From the human T2T-CHM13v2.0 reference genome, Homo sapiens: 64,000 nucleotides of DNA. This document shows positions 10,529-24,682 of this stretch, piece after piece. Under the pieces are notes generated by a model, which saw only the letters and a list, made by a program, of their open reading frames with translations, searched no databases and was not told the DNA's origin. The position numbers were made by a program, and so were the translations under genes. Position 1 is the first letter of the stretch. Each line of letters begins with the position of its first letter. The stretch lies in the NCBI RefSeq assembly GCF_009914755.1, contig NC_060926.1; one strand, 5' to 3'.

Positions 10529-13139
10529 AAAGAAACTAAAATGTTTTTAATGTTTTAGAAATAAAAACACCCTTATATCCAAAAATAACAAAATCCTACA
10601 AGAGTGACCATATTCAGCTTCTGGCACTGGCTCAATACCTCTTCTCAAAGTGATGATAATTTTTTGAAGAACCATCCAAGTAAAAAATTTTTTTCTCAGT
10701 ACAACTTAAATTTATCTCTTGCTATACAGTGAATTGTGAATGCATCATTTTCCTGGCCTTTTAGTGTTTCAGTAATTAAGTCCCTTTAGATGGCACTTAA
10801 CATGCGTGTATCTTACTGTGAATTCTTTTTTATGGGGGATATTAGAAAAGTGTTCCCTTCGCAGTGTCATGTGCTCACTGGTTACAGAAAATGTGACTCC
10901 TGGACTTCTACCCACAGTTATTCTCCAATGTCTAATGTCTGCCTTGTAAAAATGCAAAACTAAAATTATTATAATTTATCTTAATTACTGTTAATAATTT
11001 ACAGTTTTTCCATCCAGGAAAAACACTTTCTCAGTCACAAGCAGATGTAAACCTGGTAGAATGAATGACAGATCAAATAATTAGGTATCTTTCTGTATCT
11101 CTCTCTCTTTCTATCTCTTTCTATACATATGTAAATATATCTTAAATATTATTTATATTTATTAAATATTAACAAATATTAAATATTTGTATATAATGTT
11201 AATATATTATATATGTTCATATTTGCATTATACATACATATACATGTATAATAATCTGTTTGCAATTTCAAGGAATAATACCAAATATTTCTATATGATT
11301 TAACATGTTCTATCATTTCTCATTTTAATTGACCATTATAATAATCTCATTTTATACCACTGTTAGAAAACTCTCTTGTCATTTCAAAACTTGCATCAAA
11401 GAGACAGGGCTGCAAATGACAAAGAATAGATTCAATAATATATATTTTCTTTTACTTATTGAATACAGTTCTATATAGTATAGTATTTCCATGTAAGATT
11501 TAATTAAAATGGACACCATAGGGATGTTAAACAGATTATCAAAATGAAAGTATGACCAACTTTTCAAATTTTTGGCCCATGCAGTACAACATATGTTTCT
11601 TAACATTCAAGACATGTAGACCCCCTGGAGAAAACACCTGTGAATTTCCCACAATCTATAAATCCCAGTTTTTGAAACACTGCAGGATATCATTATCACA
11701 AGAAAAAAAACATGCAACAAATAAAAAGCCCTATTGCACAATGGAACATTAAATAATTGCTCTCTTTTTGAAAAGGACCCATGAAAAATAAGTTTAAAGA
11801 GCAATCCAAGGATCAAAAAAAGTAGCATTAATATCTTTAAGTCTCCAGGTAACTGAGGTAAGAGAGGCTACAAATTTTAGGAATATTTGATGCCGCCTTA
11901 AATAGAGTTCAGGGATAATTCAACTAAACAGAAACAGTCCTTGTCTGTGCTATGTCCCTAAGGAAGGCTGCTTACTAAGGACCAAGATGTAAAATGCTAA
12001 GGACCAAGATGGTAATTGTAGAGTCAGCTACATCCTCCTGGCATGGTTAATTTTGATGATACAATATATTTATTTCACACCAAAACCTAAGGTCAACTTT
12101 CTAACTCATTTTTTTTTGTAAAAAAGTTAAAACATGAAGAAAAGTTTCTTCTAAAGAATGATCTAAGTACTATTATGTTAAAAAAGCTTATGAAAGAGAC
12201 CACTATAATTGTGATATAATGAAAACTGACTTTCATAGCGCTTCTGTCCTTGCACTAAATTTACATTTTCTTTTGTCATCATGGCTCTGTTTTTTTTTTC
12301 CATATACATGTTTATCCATGTATTAATATTTTATCTTTGTGTTTGTCTGGATACCCTAAGCATAGAATTTTTAATATCATTGTGTTCAGTAATTCACAAA
12401 TCATCTTTAAAAGGTAAGAGACTTTCTGACTCAAATACAAAGGTTTAATTAATAGAATGTGTGTGTGTTTGTGTTTGTGTTTGGTGGTGTGGTGTGCTTT
12501 CCCTGTACATAGGGAATACTGTACACGCTTCACAGTGAGAGAATTTTTAGAGATACTATTTAGTATGCTCCTTGGCAAACAAAGCCAATGCACGTTGTCT
12601 ACAAAATACTCATTACAAAATATCTCCTATAGTTACACTTTGGAAAAACAGGCATTTACAGACCTTTCTGGCTTTGATGTGGAAAAATACACTTACATGC
12701 TGTGTGTTGCCCATAAAACTTCCCACATTACTCAACAGTTTCTGCTATATAATTGACCAAATCTTTCATTTTCAAATAGTATCCATCTGAGCTACCAGTG
12801 TAAATGTATTCACTCACCAACCAGGAAGGCCTTGCTTAGATGTTGCTATTAAATAGTTTTAGATCCACTACATATTGATAACACACACACCAAAGATACA
12901 TACAAACTCAATTTCTCAGAAAACTTTGAAAACTCCTTTTAGTTCCCTCCTTTACCTTTTAGTTCTCCCTACCTCCTTTTAGTTCCCGCCTTCTTTGGAA
13001 AAGATATTTGAGAAAGGGACGGGTGTCCTCATGGAAGCAGGCCATTAAAGGATACACTGCTAACTGGATAACAGGCAGACATTGAAAATGGCATGTGCAA
13101 GCTCAGACCAAGACAAAACTGAGGGTATCCAAGCTTACC

Positions 13140-13340
13140 TTGTAGCATAATGATAGGGTTTGCTGCTCTGGAATCCAGAAGAAGTGACTTTCCCTCAACA
13201 AAACACTAGCTGTTGAATCCCAAGCAATTTGTTTAAATTATGTTAAACATACATTCCCTCATCCATAATGGATGAACAATAACATAGTCCACCTAATTGT
13301 TCTTGGAAGGATTTAGTTCTGGTACACGGTAATTGTCCAT
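13140..13340 (+). mobile_element. MIR SINE fragment
   Basis: GTAGCATAATG...CTCTGGAATCCAGA...CACTAGCTGT...TTCCCTCATCCATAATGG MIR core-like. Confidence 0.5.
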
Positions 13341-13419
13341 AAGGGTAAGATAAGAGGATAAGAACAAAATAGTAAAATATAAGTATTCACAATCTGTCCC
13401 CTTCCCATACCTTCAAAGG

Positions 13420-13461
13420 TGAGACAGAGAGAGAGAGACACACACACAGAGAAAGAGAGAC

Positions 13462-13491
<30 letters not shown>
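13420..13491. repeat. Compound (GA)n/(CA)n microsatellite
   Basis: GAGACAGAGAGAGAGAGACACACACACAGAGAAAGAGAG... Confidence 0.9.
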
Positions 13492-13492
<1 letters not shown>

Positions 13493-13697
13493 TTTTGATC
13501 CTTTTTTATGCTGATTAGGAAGAAAGGAGAGAAAGAACAGTACACAGCCAAGAAAAGGAAAGTTGATTTATTTAAGAAAAACAAGGAGCTGTCCAAGAAA
13601 AAAACACAATAGGAACTATAGTGAAGGTGAGAGGAGCTGAGTGAAAGAAAGGTATAGACAGTGGATCTGTAACCTATTGTGGAACTTTCTAGGAAGT

Positions 13698-14104
13698 TGT
13701 CTCATCTCAGGATGCGTTCTACAAAAAGCTGACCTTGAGAATGAAATTAGTTCACTATAGGTTTATTAAGGAGTGCTCTGGGGATCAATACCTATGGAAG
13801 GGAAAAAAAGGAAGCATGACTGGGCATAGGGAAAATCTGAGTTGCAAAAGAGTTGCAACAGAAGACTCAGCCAACCCTCTTGGGAATTCTGAAACTGGAA
13901 TGAGCCATCTGAGTTGTCCTGAGTTGGGGTGATAAGGCCAGGCCTTTCTAGTACTAGTTGAGCAGTAATTGGATGCTGGCTACCCTGGGAAGGGAACATG
14001 ATGTTAGACAGGATTCTTGCTTAAACCAAGGCCATCCCAGATGTGGACTGTTCTCTTAGTGCTTCAATGCCAGCATCCCTAGCAGCTGTGCACAGTCCTC
14101 TACA
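13698..14104 (-). mobile_element. LTR16-family ERVL solo LTR
   Basis: GGTTTATTAAGGAGTGCTCTGGGGATCAATACCTATGGAAGGG...CTCAGCCAACCC...GAGTTGTCCTGAGTTGGGG...GGCCAGGCCTTT...ATTGGATG. Confidence 0.7.
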
Positions 14105-14544
14105 GAAGCAAGGCAGTGAGAGAATATTTAAGCTAATGAGAATATTGAAGAGAAAGATAAATATTTAGAAATAGAGGGAAACTTCAGTAAAGTTCATAAT
14201 CCACCCCCTCTCCCTGCCAACCCCTCCAAAGATTACACTGAGGATTTAGGTTTCTTTTCATGGCTTAAAAAAAATCACTGCCACTTTATTCATGACCTAT
14301 TGAATAAGCACCATGACTGGATTATCAAATGTTTTTGACCATCCTCTACCCAGAGTCTAAGAATCCTTGATTTCAATGTAAACACATCAGTATACAGTTA
14401 CATATGTTGTATGTGTGTTGTATGTAGCCACACTTTAATTACCTTTATTTTAATATCCCATTACCTCTAAATAAATTTGTACATTTAACACACATCCAAA
14501 GGCCTATCCAAATTTTGTAAACATATCTGAAACAAAGCTATAGA

Positions 14545-14791
14545 GAGGCAACTACGGAGAGAGGTTTAGGACAGAAACTCTAGATCTAGATTTCCTGTGT
14601 CACAGTCACAGACGTATTACATGACTGACTTACAGCATGACTTTAAGAAAATTTCTTTTTTTGCCTTTATTTTCTTATCAGTAATACGGAGTAAGCAGTA
14701 CTACTCATTTCATAGAGTTGTAATAGAAATTAAATAAGTGAATATATTTAGACACATGGCTAAAGTGCTATTGAAGTATTTGTTACTATTA
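14545..14791 (+). mobile_element. MIR SINE
   Basis: TTTTCTTATCAGTAATACGGAG...TTTCATAGAGTTGTAATAGAAATTAAATAAGTGAATATATTTA...CACATGG...TTACTATTA. Confidence 0.65.
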
Positions 14792-15156
14792 CTCTCGCCC
14801 TACAAAAGACCTGAGCTTGTATACAGTGGCTGCGTTTCTTGCTGAAACTTCAGCTCCTTCTCACAAGTTTCAAAATCAGTCTCTAATACCACTTTTCTCA
14901 GCTGGTAACTTGACAAATGATGAAGTGAATCTATGCCTTATTTTTTCCAAATCTGCAAATAGCTACTAAATTTGAATTTTAACTTTTTCTTCGACTTCCA
15001 TATGCTAATTTATCACAACCTAACTTGCATAGGGTAAATTCCCTAATATACACATGGCTCTCCTGCCCAAAACTTTTCAATGGTTGTCAGGGTGCTATAG
15101 AATGAAACCCAAACTGCTCTATTTTAATATTCAAAGTCTTTCCAATCATTTCTTGA

Positions 15157-15622
<466 letters not shown>

Positions 15623-16166
15623 AATTCTGTCTATTCTTGATAATCCAGTTCAAATAACTGGATTTGGATGCTTGAATCCTTCCAATTTTCTGACAGGCAA
15701 AGCTCATCTTGCTCACCTCTAAAATCAGCAAATGAAATAAAACATTTTAATGGCAGATATTATCTTCTACCTGGTATTGTGATCATAAGCATGTCAGAGT
15801 TTCTTTACTGAATTTGGAAGGTTCCTAAGGATATCTCTCTTTAGTACAATGCCTTCATAAGTCAGGTGGCTAATAAAATCTTTTGAATACTAAAGTGGAG
15901 AGTAAGGAAGTACAAAACTGCAGAATAGACATAGGGTTTCCTTTGCCCTTCTTGTTTCCCCCATCAGCCCACTACCTATCAAATGTTTGACTTGGAATTC
16001 TGCTTGAAACTCAGGTTTCCTTTGTTCTCCCAAGTAGCCATCCTCTCCCCACTTGCTCAAATCCAACCAAAACCTCTATTCTCTAATATCCATGTACCAT
16101 ACTATCTTTTTAAAATAAATATCTCTGAGGCGTCAATATGGGCAATAGAAAAGCTTAGTGTTCCAG

Positions 16167-16716
16167 GATGGTTAATTTTAGCTGTCAACTATACTAGGCC
16201 GGAGGGTATGCATACATTTGGTTAAACATTATTCTCAGTGTGTCTGTGAGGGTGTTTCTCAACAAGATGAACATTTGAATCAGTAGACTGAGTAAAGCAG
16301 ATTGAGCTAAGATGGCGGGGGTGGGGGACTCATCCAATCAGTTGAAGCCCTGAATGGGAAAGAAAACTGACCTTCTGAGAATAAGAGGGAACTCCTATTC
16401 CCTGACTGCCTTAAACTGGGGATCAATCTTTCCCTGCCCTTGGACTTGAACTGAAACATGAGCTCCTCTTGGGTGTTGAGCCTGCCAGCTTTTGGACTGG
16501 AACTATGCTAGCAGCTCCCCTGGCTCTCAGGCCTTCAATGTGTAGACGCGAACTATACAATGACTCTCCTGGGTCTCTAATTTGCTGACTGCAGATCTTG
16601 GGACTTGACTGCAGATCTTGGGACTCCATAATCATGAGAGCCAATTCCTTGTAATAAATCTTCATCTTGATTTGAGATCTCCTATTGGTTCTGCTTCTCT
16701 GAAGAACCCTAATACA
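16167..16716 (+). mobile_element. MLT2-family ERVL solo LTR (MLT2D-like)
   Basis: GATGGTTAATTTTAGCTGTCAAC...GTCTGTGAGGGTGTTT...GTAGACTGAGTAAAGCAGATTG...CCTATTGGTTCTGCTTCTCTGAAGAACCCTAATACA. Confidence 0.85.
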
Positions 16717-17819
16717 TGCTGCAATAAATTATTTGTATTAAAAGATTAGCATAAAATTCTAATTCCCCTTCTGATTAGTGGAGGAAATGTATTTTATTTT
16801 ACATTTAAATTTTGTCCTTAAAAAAAATTTTGTCCTGCTCATGTATCAATTTCTTCACATTCATGTTTTAGTATCTCTGAGATTTTACTCACAATAAAAA
16901 CAAAATAGTTCCATGGAGGCAGCATTTGTTGGCAATGAGTATTAACAACTCGGAATAGTAATTCTGAGCCTATATAGAAATAAATATGTATGTGCATCTG
17001 TATAGGTATGTGTGGTGTGTGTGTGTATGTGTGTATGTTTGTACATATATTTAGAGAGAGAGAGAAGATATAATACAGGTACAGGTACACATATAAACAG
17101 TCTTTTCTTTATCATGCGTGCTGACCTGCCATGGCCTTATTTTTTTTGTTTGTTTTCAAGTGTACCTACTTCCTGATTCCCCATATGTCTCTCTTTCTCT
17201 CTCTCTCTCTCTCTTTGTTACCCCTGAATCTGTTACTTTAATAGCCCTTCAGGTCTAACCCAGTTAATTAATGATGAGTATCAGTTTCCCAAGTGATGTG
17301 ATTCAAATACCTCTTGAGTGAAGTTCTAAATGCGTCTTCTTTCACAATATATGTACTCAAGAGTATCACAAACTTTGCCATGGAATCATCAATTTTTCTA
17401 GTGCCTTTTGAGGAATTCAATTTGACAAACAACATGTTTGCATAATTATCATGTGTTGCCCAAGAGAAATTTCATCAAGTCTCTTATTTGGAAAATGGGG
17501 ATAATATAAAAGTAATATTACTATACAAGGAAGGAAAAAATAAGCAAGAGCAAAAAATTAATTTCAATAGTAAATTAATTCGGTATAATTTTTTTCCTAC
17601 TCATTACCAGTCTTTGCAAATTAGTCATTCTAATTATTTAAACTGAAATAAAAATAACATCACCAATTTGCTAAGCCACAGAAAGATATGGAAAATCCGA
17701 CAGCATGTTAACAGGAAAAAAACGAAAACTGAATGATTACCTTTTAATATTAAAAGTTAAATAAATGAACTTTTCAAATTGTATTTTATTTACTGATGAG
17801 AATACTGACATATCCACTA

Positions 17820-17965
17820 TGATTTTATAGTGCTTTCCATAAAGTGTCATATATTTTATCTCATTTGGTCATCAAAATACTCCTGTGAGATAATTTTATT
17901 GTCCCCATTTTACAATGAGAAAACCAGGGTTATAAGAAGTTAATGATTTGAGATCACAGAGTAAT
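17820..17965 (-). mobile_element. MIR SINE fragment
   Basis: TTATCTCATTTG...CCTGTGAGAT...TGTCCCCATTTTACAATGAGAAAAC antisense MIR core. Confidence 0.7.
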
Positions 17966-18622
17966 TCTCAGAGAAATTTCATGTTTAAATTTCTTTAAAA
18001 GATCATTAGCTACTCAAACATAAGACAAATTACAGGTATGCAAGAGGAATGTCTGCTTAAATGGAGAATAAGGTATTCACTTGGAAAGGAATTTAACTCT
18101 TTTGAACATCATGTCTGAGGCAGTGGGCTGATTGCTTATTATTTGTATGTTATGATTGAAGAGGGAACACATAACTTTGGTAATGGCATTACCACTTTCA
18201 GTTCCTTTTTCCTTCAGAAATATTAATTTTGAGGATTAAAAGAAATAAATATTAAATTATCTATAATGTTACTACTTTGACGAAATAGACCTATTAACGC
18301 TCTACTTTTTCCTAGTTCATTCTAGCAATTGTACTAATCTGAATAATACTCTCCCCCCCCAAAAATTAATGTCCATTTAGAAGCTCATGTGACCTATTTT
18401 GGAAGTATGGTCTGCGAAGGTTTTATTAAGGTAAGAATCTTGATGAAATCATATTGAATCAGGTTGGGCCATAAAGCCAATAAGAGTATCCTTGTAAGAC
18501 ACAGGAAAGGATATAGAGACACAAAGGAGAGAAGGGCCTGGGAAACTGAGGGAAAGATTGTAGTTATGCTGCCACAAGCCAAGAAAGCCTGGAGCCACCA
18601 GAAGCTGGAAAAGACTAGCAAG

Positions 18623-19450
<828 letters not shown>

Positions 19451-19618
19451 CAAGCATTCTCCCTTTGAACGTTCAGACGATGTGGTCCCACTGACACCTT
19501 GATTTTAGACTCTGGCCTCCAGACCTGTGAGAGAGTAAATGTCTGTTGTTTTAAACCACTGAGTTTGTAGCAATTTGTATGGCAGCCCTAGAAAAATAAT
19601 ATACCAATTAACAGTATG

Positions 19619-19760
19619 TAAAAATTACCAATGGGGTACAATGTTCACTATTTTGATAATAGGTATACTAGAAGCCCAACCTCCACCAGTAGGCAACATA
19701 CCTATGTAATAAACATGCACATTGACCTCCCGAATCTAAAACAAAATAAAATGTTTAAAA
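19619..19760 (+). mobile_element. L1PB-like 3' end fragment
   Basis: AAAATTACCAATGGGGTACAATGTTCACTATT...TAGAAGCCCAACCTCCACC...ATGTAATAAACATGCAC...GAATCTAAAA. Confidence 0.8.
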
Positions 19761-20329
19761 AAGCAAAGAAACAACAAGGTTTCATTAGCAATATTACTTT
19801 CAGAGTATCCTTAGCTCTGATAGCAATAATGTTTACATAAAGAAAGGCAAATAAATGTCAAATATATCTCTGCATTAAAAAATACTAAAAATTTATCTCT
19901 AACCTATTAATATGAACAAAAGATTGATGTAACAACAAAAACAATAAATCATTATCAAATTGATCAAAGCTTTTTCCTTCGAAGATATAAACTCTATTTT
20001 GTAATTATATTAAATTTAAATACATGCAATAGTAATACAGCACCAATGTGCTAAAGAGCTCCTTTATCATAGCACAATAATTAGAGCCAGGGTTTAAATC
20101 AAGCTTTAATATTTTGTCACTGAGTCCCCTTTGGGCAAGCTACTTCATCTCTCACGAAGCTACAATTACCCCCCTTTATAACTTATGTGACCAAGTGATC
20201 CCAATTAGTAGGTGGGAAAATCTGGATTTGAATAAGCAAAATAAACTGTACATCATATTTATTTAACAAACTGCTATTTCTCTTTGATTTCGCAAATATC
20301 TCTCTAGTTGTATGATATATTAACAATTT

Positions 20330-20567
20330 TTAAAAGAGAATTTAAAAGATTAACAAGTAGAATTGAAACGGATGTATGCTGTCACCATTCAAATAAATAC
20401 TAATAGTTTTTACAGTGCTAGCCAATGAAATGACTTAGGAGAAAAAAAAATAGGAGGAGGTAAAACATTATCTTTTCCAGACAATATGATTGTTTGATTG
20501 CAATATCATGTGTAAACAAATGCAAAGTGTTAAAAATGAAGAAAAGAATAAGAAGATTTCTAACAGC
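20330..20567 (+). mobile_element. Ancient L1M ORF2 fragment (appears to continue ~27170-28080)
   Basis: GTGCTAGCCAATGAAAT...GGAGGTAAAACATTATCTTTTCCAGACAATATGATTG is a degenerate FADDMI region. Confidence 0.55.
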
Positions 20568-21180
20568 TGACACCACCTTTGCAAAATTGACAATAAGAGA
20601 CATCTGATGTAGTTGACTCCATCTTGCTTCTAACCTCTAAGCTATCCTTGGTCAATCCTGGGGGTAGGCCAAGCTACTGTGGGAAGAATTTAGTTTATAA
20701 TTTAACATTAAAGCAAGGATGATAATAGCCCTCCCCAAAACTAAACTGACTTTCTAAAACTAATGCAGTTATTAGGCAAATCAGTTTCCCCAGAGGCTTA
20801 GAAATTAGGGTTTTTCAAGGATTATTTGGTGGGAAGGGGGCTCGGGAATGGAGAACGTTGATTGATTGATTAGGGATGAAATCATAGGTGTATGAATAAT
20901 GATCCTTGTACCCTGAGTCAGCCTCCAGGTGCGGGCCACAGGACCGGTTGAGTCACAAGTTGCAGGTTGAGGTAGAGCTGGTTATCAGAAATGTTAAAGT
21001 CTGAAAAGACATCTCAAAAGGCCAATCACAGGTTATATAATAGGGATGTTTTAGCCACAGGTATATTGGGGAAGTTACAAATCTTGTGACCTCCAGAACA
21101 ATAGCTGGTTATCATTTTACTATGCCTACATCTCAGCAGAATTCAGGCTCCTCTCATAACGCAACTGTGTGGACTTTCAT
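20568..21180. mobile_element. LTR8-family (LTR8A/B-like) ERV1 LTR with internal inversion and missing 3' end
   Basis: 20568-20765 is the forward 5' part (TGACACCACCTTTGCAAAATT...GACTCCATCTTGCTTCTAACCTC...AAAACTAATG). ~20767-21180 is the reverse complement of the next part (ATGAAAG...CCTGAATTCTGCTGAGATGTAGGCATAG...GGTCACAAGATTTGTAACTTCCCC). Confidence 0.8.
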
Positions 21181-22424
21181 AATGACTGATCAAATTCACA
21201 AATAATAATATTAACCTTAAATGTAAATGGGCTAAATGCCCCAATTAAAAGGCACAGACTGGCAAATTGAATAAAGAGTCAAGACCCATCAGTGTGCTGT
21301 ATTCAGGAGACCCATCTCACATGCAAAGACTCACATAGGCTCAAAATAAAGGGAGGGAGGAAGATTTACCAAGCAAATGGAAAGCAAAAAAAGAGCAGAG
21401 GTTGCAATCCTAGTCTCTGATAAAACAGAATTTAAACCAACAAAGATAAAAAAAAAAAGACAAAGAAGGGCATTACATAATGGTAAAGGGATCAATGCAA
21501 CAAGAAGAGCTAACTATCTTAAATATATATGCACCCAATACAGGAGCACCCAGATTCATAAAGCAAGTTCTTAGAGACCTACAAAGAGACTTAGACTCCC
21601 ACACAATAATAGTGGGAGACTTTAACACCCCACTATCAATATTAGACAGATCAATGAGACAGAAAATTAAAAGAATATTCAGGACTTGAACTCAGCTTGG
21701 AACAAGCAGACCTAATAGACATCTACAGAACTCTCCACCCCAGATCAACATAATATATATTCTTCTCAGCACCACATAGCATTTATTCTAAAATCGACCA
21801 CACAATTGGAAGTAAAACACTCCTCAACAAATCTAAAGAATGGAAATCATTACAAATAGCCTCTCATACAACAGAGCAATCAAATTAGAACTTAGGATTA
21901 AGAAACTCACTCAAAACCACACAACTACATGGAAACTGAACAACCTGCTCCTGAATGACTACTGGGAAAATAACAAAATTAAGGCAGAAATGAATAAGTT
22001 CTTTGAAACCAATGAGAACAAAGACACAATGTACCAGAATCTCTGGGACACAGCTAAAGCAGTATTTAGAGGGAAATTTATAGCACTAAATGCCCACAGG
22101 AGAAAACAGGAAAGATCTAAAATTGACACTCTAACATTACAATTAAAAGAACTAGAGAAGCAAGAGCAAACAAATTCAAAAGCTAGCAGAAGCCAAGAAA
22201 TAACTAAGATCAGAGTAGAACTGAAGGTGATACGACACGAAAACCCCTTCAAAAATTCAATGAATCCAGGAGCTGTTTTTTTTTTTCAAAAGATTAACAA
22301 AATAGATACACCTCTAGACAGACTAACAAAGAAGAAAATAAAGAATCAAATAGACACAATAAACAATGATAAAGGGGAGATCACCACTGATCACACAGAA
22401 ATACAAATTACCATCAGATAATAC

Positions 22425-23931
22425 TGAGAGGTGACAACGTGCTAGCAGCCCTCGCTCGCTCTCGGCACCTCCTCGGCCTCAGCGTCCACTCTGGCCATGC
22501 TCAAGGAGCCCTTCAGCCCGCCACTGAGCTGTGGGGGCCCCTCTCTGGGCTAGCCAAGGCTGGAGCCGGGTCCCTCTGCTTGTGGGGAGGTGTGGAGGGA
22601 GAGGCACAGGTGGGAACTGGGGCTGCGCGCGGTGCTCGCAGGCCAGTGCGAGTTCCAGGTGGGCGCAGGCTCAGCAGGCCCTGCACTTGGAACCACCGGC
22701 CGGTGCTACCGGCCCCTGGCAGTGAGGGGCTTAGCACCTGGGCCAGCAGCTGTGGAGGGTGTGCTGGGTCCCCCAGCACTGCTGCCCCGCCCGCGCCATG
22801 CTCGAATTCTCCCCGGGCCTCAGCCGCCTCCCTGTGGGGCAGGGCTCAGGACCTGCAGCCGCCATGCCCGAGCCTCCCCTTCCCCCCCATGGACTCCCAT
22901 GCAGCCCAAGCCTTCCCGACGGGTGCCACCCCCTGTTCTGTGGCACCCAGTCCCATCGACCGCCCAAGGGCCGAGGAGTGCAGGTGCACAGCACGGGACT
23001 GGCAGGCAGCTCCACCCGTGGCCCTGGCGCGGGACCCACTAGGCAAAGCCAGCTGGGCTCCTGAGTTGGGTGGGGACTTGGAGAACCTTTATGTCTAGCT
23101 AAAGGATTGTAAATACACCAATCAGCACTCTGTGTCTAGCTCAATGTTTGTAAATGCACCAATCAGTGCTCTGTGTCTAGCTAATCTAGCGGGGACTTGG
23201 AGAACTTTTATGTTGAGCTAAAGGATTGTAAATACACCAATCAGCACTCTGTGTCTAGCTCAACGTTTGTTAACACACCAATCAGCACTCTGTGTCTAGC
23301 TCAAGGTTTGTAAATGCACCAATCAGCACCCTGTGTCTAGTTCAAGGTTTGTAAATGCACCAATCAGTGCTCTGTGTCTAGTTAATCTAGTGGGGACTTA
23401 GAGAACTTTTAAGTCTAGCTAGAGGATTGTAAATACACCAATCAGCACTCTGTGTCTAGCTCAGGGATTGTAAATGCACCATTCAGCACCCTGTCAAAAT
23501 GGACCAATCAGCTCTCTGTAAAATGGACCAATCAGCTCTCTGTAAAATGGGCCAATCAGCAGGATGTGGGTGGGGTCAGAAGAGGGAATAAAAGCAGGCT
23601 GCCCGAGCCAGCAGTGGCAACCCGCTCGGGTCCCCTTCCACATTGTGGAAGTTTTGTTCTTTCATTTTTTGCAATAAATCTTGCTGCTGCTCACTCTTTG
23701 GGTCCACACTGCCTTTACAAGCTGTAACACTCACCGCAAAGGTCTGCAGCTTCCCTCTTGAGGCCATCGAGACCACGAACCCACCAGAAGGAAGAAACTC
23801 TGAACACGTCCAAACATCAGAAGGAACAAACTCTGGACACACCATCTTTAAGAACTGTAACACTCACCATGAGGGCCCGCGGCTTCATTCTTGAAGTCAG
23901 TGAGACCAAGAACCCACCAGTTGCGGACACA
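22425..23931 (+). mobile_element. Solo LTR12 (ERV9/HERV9 LTR; C/D/E-type), 1507 bp
   Basis: Starts TGAGAGGTGACAACGTGCTAGCAGCCCTCGCTCGCTCTCGG and ends GAACCCACCAGTTGCGGACACA; 4-bp TSD ATAC at 22421-22424 and 23932-23935; L1 ORF2 resumes in register. Confidence 0.96.
23090..23600 (+). promoter_or_regulatory. LTR12 U3 tandem enhancer/promoter with 10 CCAAT (NF-Y) boxes
   Basis: Tandem ~41-bp units (TGTAAATRCACCAATCAGCACTCTGTGTCTAGCT) and 24-bp units. I count 10 intact CCAATCAG plus one CCATT variant. TATA-like GGAATAAAAG near 23586; AATAAA near 23673. Confidence 0.85.
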
Positions 23932-24370
23932 ATACTATAAACAACTCTACACAAATAAACTAGAAAATCTAGAAGAAATGGATAAATTCCTGGACACATA
24001 CACCCTCCTAAGACTAAACCAGGAAGAAATCGAATCCCTGAATAGACCAATAAGTTCTGAAATTGAGGCAGTAATAGCCTACCTACCAAAAAAAGCCCAG
24101 GACCAGATGGATTCACCACCAAAATCTACCAGAGTTACAAAAAGGAGGTGGTACAATTCCTTCTGAAATTATTCCAAACAATAGAAAAAGAGGGACTCAT
24201 CCCTAACTCATTTTATGAGGCCAGCATCATCCTCATACCAAAACCTGGCAGAGACACACACAAAAAAGAAAATTTCAGGCCAATATCCCTGATGAACATC
24301 AATGCAAAATTCCTCAATAAAATACTGGCAAACCGAATTCAGCAGCACATTAAAAAGCTTATCCACCACA

Positions 24371-24682
<312 letters not shown>

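Noticed and set aside
11125-11255. AT-rich quasi-palindromic tract
   Set aside because: Low-complexity (AT)n decay without a long perfect palindrome; too short to be a PATRR.
22439-23098. 219-aa ORF and several overlapping ORFs
   Set aside because: They lie wholly in the GC-rich U3 of LTR12, where stop codons are rare; no domain is recognisable.
23090-23560. Regularly spaced repeats resembling a CRISPR array
   Set aside because: They are tandem LTR12 enhancer units without unique spacers, in primate DNA, with no cas genes.
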